DNA of 64,000 bases from Dipteris shenzhenensis (Eukaryota). Each line of letters starts with the position of its first letter. The first letter of the stretch is position 1. The position numbers and the translations under genes were made by a program. Under the pieces are notes generated by a model. It made no database searches. It saw only the letters and a program-made list of their open reading frames with translations, and had not been told where the DNA came from. This document shows positions 25,001 to 38,207 of this stretch, in pieces. The stretch lies in NCBI GenBank assembly GCA_047967505.1, contig CM106538.1. One strand, 5' to 3'.

Positions 25001-26906
25001 TTATGCATGACTTGTCATGTGGTTTGATGCACCTGAGTTAGCATACCACACATCGTTGCTTTCTTCTGCACTTGTCACAGAATTGGTCATGTGCTGCACC
25101 ATAAACAAATGCTCATTTCTGTCATCACCCTGTCTACTAGATGATAAATAATTGCCTTACTGCAATTTTCCATTCATGATGTCATTCTGCTTTTTGTAGC
25201 AGTCTTTAGCCATATGACCCAGTAGTAGCATTCAACATCGCTGTTTGCATTTTGGCCTCTTTGCCATCCACGATGACCTCTTTGGCTCCCCCTGCCTCTA
25301 AAGTTACCACGTCCTCCTCCATAGGACTGGTTTTGTTGAATTTGCTGCATATTCTGATTTCTTCCATGGCCTCTAAATTGTCCTACTCTACCTTTGCCTC
25401 TACCTCTTCTAGCATTTGAGTAGAAGATAGTTTCTTTTGAAGTTCCTCCTGAAGAAGATGCACCACCATTTCTTTGCTCTTCAGAAATTAGAAGAGCATT
25501 CAACTCCCCAAAATCTAGAAAAATGTCAATGGATGTCCAGAACTGTGCATAATCCTTTCCTAGACCATTCAAGGTCACAGAAACTAAATCATCATCTTCC
25601 ACTGGCGACCCAATGGAAGCAAGTGCATCTGCAATCTTCTTCACCTTCATGTGGTAGTCATTGATGCTCATATTTTCTCTCTGCACATTATGCAACTCGT
25701 GCTTGAGCTGCATTTTCCTGGCTTGTGTATTTGTGCTATACATTTTTGTCAAAGTATCCCATGCCTCCTTCGGCGTGCTTGCATCCTGAATATGCACAAT
25801 CATAGAATCTGAAATATTGATAGATAGCCAGTACAAAACTTTCCTGGCTCTCTCATGCCAACCTTTAAATACCTGCAACTACTGTTGATTGGGAACAGTA
25901 GGAATAACTGGTTCTTGTTCAGCTCCAGTAATGAACTCCCAATAGCCTTTTCCCTTAAGGAAATTCGTCATTCTAAACTTCCATGCTGGGAAGTTGTTCT
26001 TATCAAGCTTTTCAGTGACTATCTGTGAAAGAGCATTAGATGCCATTATAGAACACTGCAAAAATATTCTATCACTGCAAAAAACACAACTTCTGCCTCA
26101 CAAGGGCAATTCTACAAAGCTGACGAAAGTGGTATTTGACCACACAGTCACTTCCTCATGACGATTGTGCATCAATAGGCAATAAGAATGATTCAGTCAC
26201 TCCCAATATCTTTGCGCACAGGCATACGATGCAATTTTTGCAATAACTTTTCACTAATCTGCAAAATAGTGGTCGCACAGCAAAAACAGGGCACCTTTTA
26301 GAGTGCCCGCGGAAAACTTCCGCCACCAAAACGGGCCCCAAAATGGCCTCAAATCAAAAAAATAATGTCCCACTGCGAAGGACGTCCCAATCTGAGACAG
26401 TGCACTCTTACACTTTCCGACTATGCTACCTGCAGAGATTTGCTCCCAAACTCGAAAAAGGAAAGCAACACTGATCCTCTTACCAAGACACCGCGAACTT
26501 GGTTTGCTTTATGGAGCTCCTTACCACGAACCAAGCTCTGATACCATGTGAAAAGAGTGGGAGAGAAGTAAGGAGTCTCACTTGCAGCTTTCTCACATAC
26601 ACAATGGGGGAATACACACAAAGGTGGAGGCTGAAAACAGTTTTTCTCTTCTTAGTTGTGAAAGACAAAAGAACTCTCTCTCTCAGTACAAAAGGAATAG
26701 ATGAACCCTATATTTTGGGTCTCAAACCAAATCAGCTAACCTAGGTGGCATCCTAACTGAGCCACTAACTAGAGTACATAAAGATAGCTGTCATCCAGCT
26801 ATTATTCATGGGCGGTGTACCAACCGCATCTGCAGCTAACAAGTCGGTGACATAAATGCATAACGTTCACCTTGGCATATCACAAGTGGAGCTCGATATC
26901 TCAACA
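22020..26906 (-). mobile_element. Ty1/Copia element, copy 1: 5' LTR, PBS, gag-pol; 3' end (end of RNase H, PPT, 3' LTR) missing
   Basis: LTR 26547-26906 (TG..CA); PBS TGGTATCAGAGC (26546-26535); gag KLDKNNFPAWKFRM and UBN2-like region; integrase YWAEAIATVVYIMNRTPT; RT WELVPLPKDKNAIGCKWVYKVK, IYVDDLII; RNase H partial; multiple stops. Confidence 0.92.
26535..26546 (-). promoter_or_regulatory. primer-binding site complementary to initiator tRNA-Met (Copia copy 1)
   Basis: plus-strand gctctgatacca abutting the LTR; the same motif occurs at 29620-29631. Confidence 0.9.
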
Positions 26907-27703
26907 CTTAATACATCCGTTAGGGAAGGACCCTCGGGAATCTGCATTGGGAGGTGTCGAGGTTTCTCCATCTATAGCAGTGTGCGTAGTAGAGGGCTTG
27001 CCTTGCCCTAAGGTGGGGGCACTCATTGGAGGGATGGTTGTTGTTGCATACCCTGCACCACACATTGTCTCTCCTTGGAAACAAATGGGGGTTACTTGGC
27101 ATCTCCTTGGAGGTCCCTAACATCCACTGTTGGCCCAACTAATTCAGCACATTTGAGGCCAACTCACTCATATTTAAGCCCTTGGGCTCGTTGTTCTCCT
27201 TCTTGGTAGGCTCCACACTAGAAGACCTTACTGATTGTGATACCTCTGATGGAGTCATCGATTTTTCCTGGATAACCTTATCCATAATATTAATACTTAT
27301 GCGAATAACCACCTTGCTAAAGGAAGTAGGATTCATAACCATTAAGTGGTCATGCAGCTTTGGGTCTTCCAATCCAATGAGGAAGCAAGGCAACAATCAT
27401 TCGTCGCTCATCCACTCATATGGTTTGCAACAAGAATTGAGGTGGATCTTGGAGATGTAATCCTGGAGGGATTCCTTGTCATTCTGCTTCAGCTCATATA
27501 ACTGGTTAATCGGGCTCCACTTATGTCCACTGGGGGCGAATCCTGCAATGAATGTTTTTTGTAGCGCCTCCCAGTTGACTTTATCTTTTGGGTTGAGGGC
27601 CCTATACCATTGGCCTGCCTTGCCATCCAAACTAATCCCAAACACATTAACCATTTTTACATCTCTAGGAGCACCAAAGGCTTTGCATATTTGCTCAAAT
27701 CGC
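26907..27703 (-). pseudogene. Gypsy gag capsid-like segment and Zn knuckle lying between the two Copia insertions
   Basis: RFEQICKAFG..FGISLDGKAGQWYRAL..WEALQKTFIAGF..LKQNDKESLQDY; CRVCNNNHPSNECP; the frame joins PVFHVE|RFEQ across the excised 27704-29983 insertion. Confidence 0.8.
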
Positions 27704-29983
27704 TGTGAAGATAGTGGGAGAGAAGGAAGGAGTCTCACTTGTGGCTTTCTCACATACACAATGGGGGAATACACATAGAGGTGGAGGCTGAAAACAGTTT
27801 TCCTCTTCTTAGTTGTGTAAGCCAAAATAACTCTAGTACAAAGAAATAGAAGAACCCTATATGTGGGTCTCAAACCAAACTCAGCTAACTAAGGTGGCTT
27901 ACTAACTGAGCCACAAACTAGAGTACATAAGGATAGCTGTCATCCAGCTATTATTCGTGGGCGGTGTACCAACCGCATCTGCAGCTAACAAGTTGGTGAC
28001 ATAAATGCACAACGGTCACCCTGGCATATCACGAGTGGAGCTCGATATCTCAACACTCCCCCTCGAGCTCAATCCCAATTCTTGAACACCAAGTAGGTCT
28101 TTGAACTTGTGCAGCTTTTCTGTGCCCAATGCCTTCGTGACTATGTCAGCTACCTGATCCTCTGTGCTGACATAAACTAGATCAATAAGACCTAGTAAAA
28201 CCTTCTCCTGCACATAGTGATAATGCGCCTCAATATGGTTTGTTCTAGCATGATAGACTGGGTTATTTGCCAAGTGTATATTGCTCATGTTGTCACAATA
28301 AATGACAATTGGCCCATCTATAGACTGATGCATATCATAGAGTAGCTTATGCAACCAAGCTACCTCACATGCAGCCATTGCTGCACCCCTGTACTCAGCC
28401 TCTGTGCTTGACAAGGCAACTGTAGGCTGTTTCTTGTTGCTCCAAGTGACTACAGCACTCCCAAAAGAGAACATATATCCACTGGTAGATCGTCTATCAG
28501 AAATACTACCAGCCCAATCAGCATCAGTGTATCCATGCAATTGTATCTGAACCCCAGTCTCATAAAATAGTCCATACTGCAATGTGGATGTCACATACCT
28601 CAGTATGCATCGAGCCGCATAAAATGCGATTTCCTTGGAGCCTGCACAAACTGACTTACCAACCCAACAGCATAGCTCAAATCTGGCCTGGTAATAGTCA
28701 TATAAATCAAACTTCCTACTATGCGTCTATACATAGTAGGGTTTTCCAGCATCTCACTTGCATCTACGCTTAGCTTCACATTCTGCTCCAAAGGAACTGA
28801 AATAGGCTTATAGCCTATCATCCCATATTTAGACACTCTTTAGACAGCATGTCCAATCTGTACTGCCTCTGCAAGAGCTGTATCCCACTTGGCTCTCTCA
28901 TGCCATCCTTTAAATGCCTGCATTTCTTGTTGATTGGGAACATTAGGAAGAACTAGTTCTTTTTCATTTCCTGTAATTGACTCCCAATAGCCTTTTCCCA
29001 TAAGGAAATTCGCCATTATGAACTTCCACGCTTGGAAGTTGTTCTTGTCAAGCTTTTTAGTGACAATCTGTGAAAGAGAATCAGACGCCATTACAGAACA
29101 CTGCAAAATATTCTGTCACTACAAAAAACACAGCTTCTGCCTCACACGGGCAAATCTGCAAAACTGAGGAAAGTGGTATTTGACCACACAGTCACTTCCT
29201 AGTGACGATTTTGCATCAACAGGCAATAAGGATGATTCTGTAACTCCCAGTATCTCTGCGCACAGGCATACCATGCAATTTCTGCGGCAACCTTTCACCG
29301 ACCTGCAGAGCAGTGGTCGCACAGCAAAAACAGGGTGTTTTTCTCAGTGCCTTCGGAAATCTTCCGTCACCAAAACGGGCCTCGAAATGGCCTCGAATCA
29401 AAAAAATAAAGTCACCATGGGCTATGCCTTCGCCCGTAGCATATATTGCCCTCTCGCCACACCGTGAAGGGCGTCTCAATCTGAGACAATGCACTCTTGC
29501 ACTTTCCAGCCGTGCTACCTGCAGAGATTTGCTCCCACACTCGAAAAAGGAAAGCAACACTGGTCCTCTTACCAGGACACCGTGAACTTGGTTTGCTTTC
29601 TTGCCTTACCATGAACCAAGCTCTGATACCATGTGAAGATAGTGGGAGAGAAGGAAGGAGTCTCACTTGCGGATTTCTCACATACACAATGGGGGAATAC
29701 ACATAGAGGTGGAGGCTGAAAAGAGTTTTCCTCTTCTTAGTTGTGTAAGCCAAAAGAACTCTAGTACAAAGAAATAGAAGAACCCTATATGTGGGTCTCA
29801 AACCAAACTCAGCTAACTAAGGTGGCATACTAACTGAGCCACGAACTAGAGTACATAAGGATAGCTGTCATCTAGCTATTATTCATGGGCGGTGTACCAA
29901 CCGCATCTGCAGCTAACAAGTCGGTGACATAAATGCACAACGATCACCCTGGCATATCACGAGTGGAGCTCAATATCTCAACA
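27704..29983 (-). mobile_element. Ty1/Copia copy 2: structurally complete, internally deleted 2.28 kb non-autonomous element
   Basis: two 352 bp LTRs (27704-28055 and 29632-29983, about 11 mismatches by eye); 5 bp TSD ATCGC on both sides; PBS 29620-29631; PPT (plus ctccccctc at 28056); gag N-terminus fused to RT C-terminus at ~28890; RNase H ORF 28594-28016 open (YTDADWAG..EAEYR..YCDN..DQVADI). Confidence 0.95.
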
Positions 29984-30127
29984 ATCGCTCCACGTGGAAG
30001 ACCGGATCTCCTTCCCCAAGGAATTTAGTCACGTCAACTCGGAAATGGCTATGGTTCTCGACTCCTAGAGGGATTGATGATCCCTACTAGAAATACGAGT
30101 GCAGCCAGGGGTGGTGCGGCCCCCCTT

Positions 30128-30648
30128 CATTAGGAAAAAAGGGAGCTCATTTTGGGGCCCTGAGAGAAATTCATGATTTCTTCATTTTTCTTTCCTCTAA
30201 AATAATAAGATATGACATAGCCCCACTGACATATGGTGGAAATTTGGATATTTTCAACATCACCAATGCGTCCAGAGTGGGCCAAAACCCCCGATAAGAC
30301 TTTTGAAACACCGAAAACGAGACCCTGGAGGCCCGGAAAAGGCCAAAATGGCCCAGAAAGCCACTTGTACAAATGAAAGCGATTTGATAGGTTGGATTCA
30401 AAAGTCTTTCCCGGGCATTTTGGCCCACTCCGGACGCCCCGGTGATGTTAGAAATACCAAATTTTGCACCATATGTCAAATATAATAAAGTAGCTCAAGT
30501 ATCCTCATTGAATGCAAACTCGATCATATTTCTTTTCCTTATCTTTTTTTTATTTTTTCAATGTTACATTAGCCCTCCTTTGATTGGTGGAGGGCTATTT
30601 TCCTTCTAGGCTACAAGGCCCCAAAATGAGCTCCCTTTTTTCCTAATG
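30128..30648. mobile_element. 521 bp MITE/foldback element inserted in Gypsy gag
   Basis: 32 bp perfect TIR cattaggaaaaaagggagctcattttggggcc (30128-30159 / 30617-30648); internal ~80 bp imperfect inverted repeat (~30227-30307 / 30397-30478); no perfect TSD (cctt vs ccta). Confidence 0.85.
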
Positions 30649-31779
30649 CCTAGTGCATTCATCAAGATGTGCATTGCCTCATCAGATAGCACCGTTTGAG
30701 AGCTGGTGGAGGCGGCACTGTTGTGGTCCTAAATGGGTCGTAGAGGTGGACTCAGGCCTGGACCTAGTGGTGGGATCCACTAAGTTGTCAGTGCTAGCAT
30801 TGGGGCTGAAAAGCCTACCCCCCCATACATTGGAGCAGCAGGTGTAGGAGTGACCTGGTGGACTTGACAAGGGAGCGGGTCACTGGGCATCTACATGGAG
30901 GTTCCTTGCATTGGACAGAGGTGGAACTTGTAGAGCTACATAGCTTGCAAATGTTGGAGGCACCTGGAAGGTCAGAAGTTCATTAGAATTTCCCCCTTAA
31001 GAGTCTCGTGCGTTTCCTCAACTAGGGTCTCACCCTACAAAGTCCCTCATCCATGGGTCTTTGTCCTCCATGCATTCCAAGTCACAGGATGCCTCGCGAA
31101 GGCTGTAGGACCTGAGTCCACAAAGGCGGGGTCAAGTCCCCAATCAGTAGTACCTAGTTGTTGCTGGCCTCCCCTTTCCATGGACATACTAGTAGCAAAG
31201 GGATTCTCCATGTCTGCTAAATCTGTTCGACCCAACCATCCAAACATGTTGGATATCGTATCTCTTAACATGGAGGCTACAAAAGGAGCAAGAGAAGCCC
31301 TCGGACCTGCGGGGTCTTACATTTCCTCATTCAAGCTCACCATCTTGTCGGAGCTAGAGGGGTCCTCCCGTCAAAGCCCTAACACTGAGTGAGAGCTAGG
31401 AACAAAGCTTCCGATTTGGGCCGATCCCAAATTAGGGTGAAAGGCGAAGCTTCTAGTTTGGGCCAATCCCAAACTAGGGTGAAAGGGGGGCTGAGCGTAG
31501 CTCAAAACACTATTCCCGGGCTTGAGTTCCTTGGATAAAATTCTTCTAAACCTCAAGTTCATGTATAAGATCTCCAAGGTGGTACACTTTGGCTCAAATT
31601 TAACTCTGTATATTTTTTACTATCCTAATGATATCCCGACAGTCATGGGGATAGAGCTAAGGCGATAGGCGTAGGGATAGGAAGTTGGCACATGTCAATG
31701 GGATGGAATGTAGATGGTATGCCCATGATCATGGGGCTAGTGCTAAGGCTACGGGCGGCAGGATGCTCAGGTCGACGAG

Positions 31780-32110
31780 ATGGAAGTATATCGATGGGCA
31801 TGGGGTTGACAGTAAGGCAATGGCGTAGGGTTAGGCTTTGGGTGCCAGTCGGCGGGTTATCTGTCTTGACAGGATGTAAGTATAGCAATGGGCGTGGGGT
31901 TAACAGTAAGGCAACGGGCATAGGGTTAGATCTTGCGTGCCGGTTGGTGGGTTACCTAGTGCAATGTAAGTATAGCAATGGGCGTGGGGTTGACTGTAAG
32001 GCAACGAGCGTAGGGTTAGACCTTGAGCGTCGGTTGGCGGGTTATCTATCTTGGCGGGATGTAGATATAGTGACGGGCGTGGGGTTGACAGTAAGACAAC
32101 GGGTCATCGA
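31780..32110. repeat. tandem repeat, ~90-95 bp unit, ~4 copies, in the Gypsy 5' region
   Basis: tgtaagtatagcaatgggcgtggggtt(g/a)ac..taaggcaac recurs at ~31781, 31875, 31965 and 32060. Confidence 0.8.
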
Positions 32111-32785
32111 CGGCATAGGCTCAAGACCACGGGTCAACCCTTGTCAGACCAACGGGATAGTAGATTCTTACATGTATTAATAGGTCAACAGGTTAGACGG
32201 CGGTCAGAAGTTAAGTCGTGGAAATAGGGGCTTAGTTGATGGGTCAACAAAGTTTTGACCATGGGGATAGCACTAAGGCATCGGGTCGACGGGTTAACAT
32301 TATGGCGACAATCCCTGGGAATAGGTAATGTCTGTCAACACGAGTTTCAGTGACATTTGTTCGGTGAATTCTGGTAATTTTAAATTTTAGTTCTAGCTCT
32401 GAGTGTTTGTGGGTGCTATGCACTACCTAAACGACCTATACTAAACAAAAAAGAACAAAAAACATCAACTTTGTGTGCATGAATGAGAAATTTCTACAAG
32501 TGGGTTGTCCACCCTCAAGAACCATTTTGAAATTGAGCTTCCATCTCCATTTTTAGGTGCTTTTTTAAGAATTTGCTATCACATACACCTTAGCAATCTT
32601 CTAAACTACCTTCCTATCACTTCAAAATGCTAATAAACATAAAAAACAAGCTTCCCATGCTCAAAAATGCTTTCCAACAAAAAATGATAGTTTTTTCACC
32701 TTTTTTCCGTCCAAACAAACACTTCTTCACGCTTTCCACTCCTACAACTCCCCTAACAAAGCTCTAAGTTAAGATTGAAACAATG

Positions 32786-33071
32786 TGCAATGGGTAAATG
32801 ACGAGAGAAGGCAAATGCAATGCAAAAGCATACCTTGAACTCCTAGGGATGGAGTGGCAAACACAAAGGCACTACAAGGGAAACAAGAGAGCACCCAAAG
32901 ACACTCTTGGAAGAGAAGAGGGAGCTTGTATTCCAAACTTGCGCATACAACAATGAAGACCAAAGTTAACCATTTGGCCTTTTATGCAAGTCATCTTTTG
33001 AAGGGAGGGCCAACCCTTTTTCTTTTTGCACTCTCTCTTTACATTCACAAGGCTTATGGACCCATAGGGTG
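32786..33071 (-). repeat. remnant of the presumed 5' LTR of the Gypsy element
   Basis: gggatggagt..cacaaaggcactacaaggga..gcacccaaagacactctt..ttgtattccaaacttg..gaagggagggccaac..catagggtg also present at 10961-11190; diverged, boundaries unclear. Confidence 0.6.
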
Positions 33072-33089
33072 TTGCAAAATATATTTTTG

Positions 33090-33840
33090 TTTATTTTGTG
33101 TTCAACCACAATGATTTAGGACAATCATTTAACTCCTATTTGACCCGAACCAACTCAATGATGTATTGCATGATGTTCCAACCACCGAACTAGTTTAGGA
33201 TAATCACATATAAGTTCAAGCCAACCCGGTTTAGAAATTTACTGGTATATGACCTGAACTAGCCCAAAAATTAAAGTTAAATAATTAAGCAACTAGGAAA
33301 CACATCGATTACAACCAACCATCGGGATGGTCATTAATTATTTCTATTGCGGATTATATTTATGTTTATTTTTGTTCAACCATGTTGGTTTAGGATAAGT
33401 AGATAAATCTTGTTTAACTTGAACCAGCTCGGTGATATATTACATGATGTTCCAAGCACTGGGTTGGTTTAGGACAATCACTTTAATTCCAAGCTAGTCT
33501 GGTTTAGAAATTAACTGGTATATGACCCAAACCAGCCCAAAAATTAAACCTAACTGATATTTAGCTACTTAGGAAGCACAACAATTTCAACCAATGGATT
33601 GGTCATCAATCAGACAATAACAATATACTTTTATTTCTTTCTATTGCCAAATATACTGCTATTCAACCACACTGGTTTAGGACAATCACACAACTGGTGT
33701 TTTGATCTGAACCAGCACAATGACATATTGCATGATGTTCCAACCACCGGGCTAGTTTAGGACAATCACATTAAGTCCAAGCCAGCCCAGTTTAGACATT
33801 AAAAACTTAAACTATTGCAAAACTCAATCACAGACAACCA
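33090..33840. repeat. ~275-290 bp tandem repeat (3 copies) rich in gtttaggacaatcac / gatgttccaacc motifs
   Basis: units start at ~33090, ~33366 and ~33660; an inverted homologue lies at ~50840-51065. Confidence 0.75.
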
Positions 33841-36699
33841 CGTCGAGTTGTCTCTACATGAGGCAAGTTGTTGGGCGGCAAGAGGAGGATGCACTTATGA
33901 TATTCAAAGATTTGCAAGGTGAGAGGTGAAACATTTTGAAAGTGCATGAAGGAGCAAAATTTTCAGCCGTTGTGATTTTCCCCCTCCAATGATACACGTA
34001 AGCAAAATTGGATATACTGGTTACCCTCAACAAGCACAATGTGGCCCAATTTGCTTCAAAATATAAATAGGCCAAAGGAATGCTATCGGGTTTGATGATG
34101 TATATTATGAAATGCAATGACCTTTGACATGCTTATGAGCCATATAGCAATGTATTACATGGAAAAAGAACCAATACAAAAGTATAAATAGTGTTGGATT
34201 TATTAGAAGATCTTTGCACATGCACATTTTCAAATTGTTCCATTCTAGGGTGAATCTAGATACCAATATCACCAACTATCAATGTTTTAAGACCACCATG
34301 TATTAGTCCCACTAGTTTGGCTTCCATTTTTTCAATTGGTTTTGGTTTTCAACAAAACAAGAAAAAGTTATGGAGCATGCCCACCCGATACAAGAGGATT
34401 CACAAAATAATTATTCGGGGTCAGAATCGATTCCCACCTTATCAATTCGCGTGTACATAATCTTAGCACAACATTGAACTCAAACCACATCTACTCTCAA
34501 TTCCTTTGGTTGAGGAGAAGTTCACGTAGTGTACTTTTGAATGATTACTTGGTTGCATCTATGTGCAGAACAAAATTTTGATGTTTTCGAATAAATTGTT
34601 GTATGCTACTCTCTTCAACATGCATACTTCACATGCAACATAGCACTTGTAATGCTTAACGGTCTAGTTCCAAATCTTTATTCCATGTTTTTTTGGTCTC
34701 ATGTTCAAGATTAGAAGACAATGTTTGTCCGATTCCGTTGAGCAATGCATAAGTTATGAATCAGGCAAGATACCTATATACAAAAAATGCCTTAGCCTCA
34801 CCAAAAATGGCTACACCCAAGCAAACATTGACCCTTCATAAGACTATAATATATTGCACTTACAAATCAAAATTCTTCATAGAACAAGTGAAAAAAAAAA
34901 GAGGAAAGGGAGTTTATAAGCGACTTTAAACAAATTATGAGTAAATGAGAAATCTAAATAATAATAATAACTTACATGTATATTTATGTCCATCTAAGAG
35001 CATACGCATGTCTTGCCTCATTGTGCTACAATTAATCTATTAATTCGAATTTTGTCATAATTTTAGATTTGTCCTTTGCTTCATGAATACATGCAAACAT
35101 GTCTGATGCTTCTTTGGACATTTTGATCGTTGCATTTGTCCTACTGCATCATTCAAAATGTCTTGCTTTATATGCCTTGTTGTCTATCTCGTCTTTGGCA
35201 ATGCAAGGCAATTGGGAACCTTGGAGATTCCATGTGATTGTGCCATTTAGATTACCATTCATCTTGTAGAACAAAGGTAGTCATAGTTTTCCTTTAAAAT
35301 TTGGCCTATTGGTTCCAAGTTGATTTTTCTTATGGATTCCATGATCATGGGACATGTGGGTATGATGTTTACTTCATTTATACATATACATGCATGCATG
35401 CTTACATACACATGGACCTCAAATATGTGTCTCGTGTTGCAAGTTTTGCTCCTTGCTTTTTTATCAATTACAAGGGTGACTTGCTTATTGTTTTGCAAGG
35501 TTGGTCTTTGTGAGCAAGGTGATATCCACAAGATCTACAAGCATCTACTATTGTTGACCAACCCCACATGTTTGATTTCTCGTTGAAGTCACCATTCATC
35601 TTCATTGTGTATCGAAGGCCAATTTTATGGCATCCCTCCTTGTTACTATTTGATGCCTTCTATTTTGCTACTGTTAACAAGGGACCCATGAATGGAGTTG
35701 CTGCAAAATTATCGTTCTTGTACTCTATTTAGAATGTTTGTAGCTGAGGTTGCCATGCTCTCATCTCTATGAGGTGGATTTTGGACATGGTTGCTTGTAT
35801 GGGTGCATTTCTACACATTGGACCTTCTAAATGCCTTTAAGACATGTACTCTTTTTTGGTGTCTCTTAAAAAGGATGCAAGAGTACTCTATATTTCTAGC
35901 ATCCTACAATAGATCTTGAGAGGGAGACTAGCTAGCTTCCAAAAGCTTTATATATACCTTCAAAAAGTGCCTACTTCAGATCTTCCAAGCTAAAGACGTG
36001 GAGATTTGAGTGTTCACCTCCTCTCCTTTGTGAGAACTTAAGAGAAGCTCAACTGTGTGAGAAGTGTGGAGAAGAGAAAAGAGAGGAGATGAGAGGCAAA
36101 AAGCTCAAGCACTCCTTTGGGCAGTTCTTCTCAAGAGTCCACCTTGGAGCTAAAGGCTCAATCGACACCATCGCCTAAAGATAGGCAAGACCTCATCATT
36201 GGAGCCTTCTAGGTAGATTTTCCAATGCTTGAAGACCTCATGACTGGGGTAGTACAAGCAGTACTAACAGCCCTTGATGTACTGCTGCTTCAAAGGTTCT
36301 CTACTTACTATGTTTTGCCGCCTCTGCTTGCAACAGTATGACCCCTAGCAGACCAAGTCAAGTTCTCAAATGAGCACTCACAAGCAGTGCAAGCAGCACT
36401 CGGTTACTCATGGGAGTATTCAGTAGCAGCAAAAAGAATTGCAGTAACATGCAAAGAGCTCAGAGTCCACCTGGCCCAAAACGGAGGGCTCCCACCCTCT
36501 AATAAATACTCCACAAACTGCCTGAAAAACCAAGACCCAGCTAATCTCGTTTAGCTTCACAAATCCAATTGTCTTTTGGAACAATAGAAAACTCAGTTGA
36601 ACATCATCACAAACCCATACTCCACTAGCAGGGCAGAAATGAGCAGTTTCTCATATGAAAGTGCTATGAAGCTACCAAGAATGATGAGGACTTAGAATA

Positions 36700-37860
36700 T
36701 GAAACTCAAGCTTTAACCTTGCTTTAAAACGAAATCTCTCTATACCGAGCTATGCATTAAAGAACACAAAGCAATATAGATTTCAAGGAGGATAGTTATT
36801 AGACAAATTCTTCTGTGAACAGTTTTGTAACCTTCTCATTTCCAAGTTTGCGAGAGGTAGCACAAGGGTTTGATAGTCTAGAATTGTCGTTTTTGACAAT
36901 CCACTGTATCCCCTTGGATAATTGTCTCAGCTTCTCATTATATATTTTTCAATGCTGTGGTCAAAATACTAAACGACACAGACCATCGGAATCTTCCTCT
37001 CCCTAGATAATCTAGGAGAGACATTCTTCTGTTCTGGTTAAGGAGTGTTAATCAGATACCAAAACTAGCAAACAAGTTGAAAGCTAGTCTCCTGTGATTA
37101 TAAGAAGCCCACCATTGATATTCAAAATGCCAATGCATAAGCACTAATTCTCACTGTTAGCTGTCTTTAGTCTATATGGGAAGAACCATAACAGGTCTTT
37201 GTCCTAGTGTTTGGGGCGTTTGGAAAAATCTGGAGCTCATCCATCAGTTGGGTCTGAAGAATGGTTCTTAGATGAAACATGGATAGAGGAAAGTGCTTAT
37301 AGCTAGTGCACTGCTTGGCATTTGAGCACTAAGAATGAGCAGCTTTCTGACAGGCTTAACTTCCTCACCTTCCCTGCCTTGCATTTTAGCTGCCTCGACG
37401 TCCAAAAGATGGCATGAGGGATACCCCTATCCGAATTTCAGGCAAGTACAAAGCTGAGTTCAAAGCTTTGCCTATGGGCAATATGAGATTAATTTTAGCA
37501 AGACTTCCTGTTCTACTGCATAGCAGTTGGCAAAAATGAAATAATCTTAGCTGGATTTCCTACGGCATAACAATATTAAAGTCTGTCAATACAGGGTTTT
37601 TGGCCCTACAAGGGTCCGTAGTGATGGATAGGTAAGTTTTTTTGCTAATGTTGCCCATCCGAGTTCTTCCAGTTCTTTTGGTCAACTTGACCAGGTTTAG
37701 TGGTTGTTTAAGGCGTTCTAATCTGCTCCTAATGTGTTGTTAGGGTCAAGTTTTTGTCCTCTTGTGGAGGTTTTAAATATTTGTCTTTTATAGGGTATTT
37801 CTCTCTAGAGATGGAGGCTCTCTTTGTCTCTTGTATGACACCACTCTTGCCAAAACAGCC
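36700..37860 (+). mobile_element. possible highly decayed LINE (L1-like) 3' remnant
   Basis: only fragmentary motifs (FGKIWSSS..WV*RMVLR, LCLWAI) reminiscent of the zf-RVT-adjacent region. Confidence 0.3.
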
Positions 37861-38207
37861 ATGTTCCCACTTTTATTTAATGCCCCGTCCCACTTTTATT
37901 TAATGGTCCATCCACACACACACACACACACTTTCACCTCTTTTCTCTAGTCTCTTTCACTCATCTAGCAGAGCCAAAAAACCTAGGGAGGCTCAAAAGG
38001 AAACAACGTGATAAGATAGAAGGTGAAAGACAAGCACTATCATTCCATTAGAGGATGTTTTCATAAATAGGTAAGTGCAATTTTTTTCAATACCCATGTC
38101 ATCAATCCATTGTCGCAATCTACTCTACCAATCACATAATTTCACTTACTATCCTTTGGCACCACATTTCTCAACAACCCCAAGCTACTTTACACTTAGA
38201 CTTATAA

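Larger units (their letters stand above)
10860..33071 (-). mobile_element. large non-chromovirus Ty3/Gypsy LTR retrotransposon, degenerate, with nested Copia insertions and a MITE
   Basis: On the minus strand: gag (~31.4-26.9 kb, interrupted), zinc knuckles, protease (ILDGGASV, ~20650), RT (WVSPIVIVLKKNGKIRVCVDLKKVN), RNase H C-terminus, integrase (IDFIRPI..YFTKCVE..SDQGTH..ANGLDE), GPY motif, extra ORFs, PPT and LTR. A ~230 bp LTR-like direct repeat lies at 10961-11190 and 32846-33071. Confidence 0.75.

Noticed and set aside
32340-32360. Degenerate PBS marking a longer 5' LTR for the large Gypsy
   Set aside because: Needs several substitutions to match any tRNA end, and 32358-32785 has no counterpart at the 3' LTR.
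33850-35880. Possible gene or transposase fragments (e.g. an HNLCI motif near 34750)
   Set aside because: No second supporting motif or consistent exon structure could be read.
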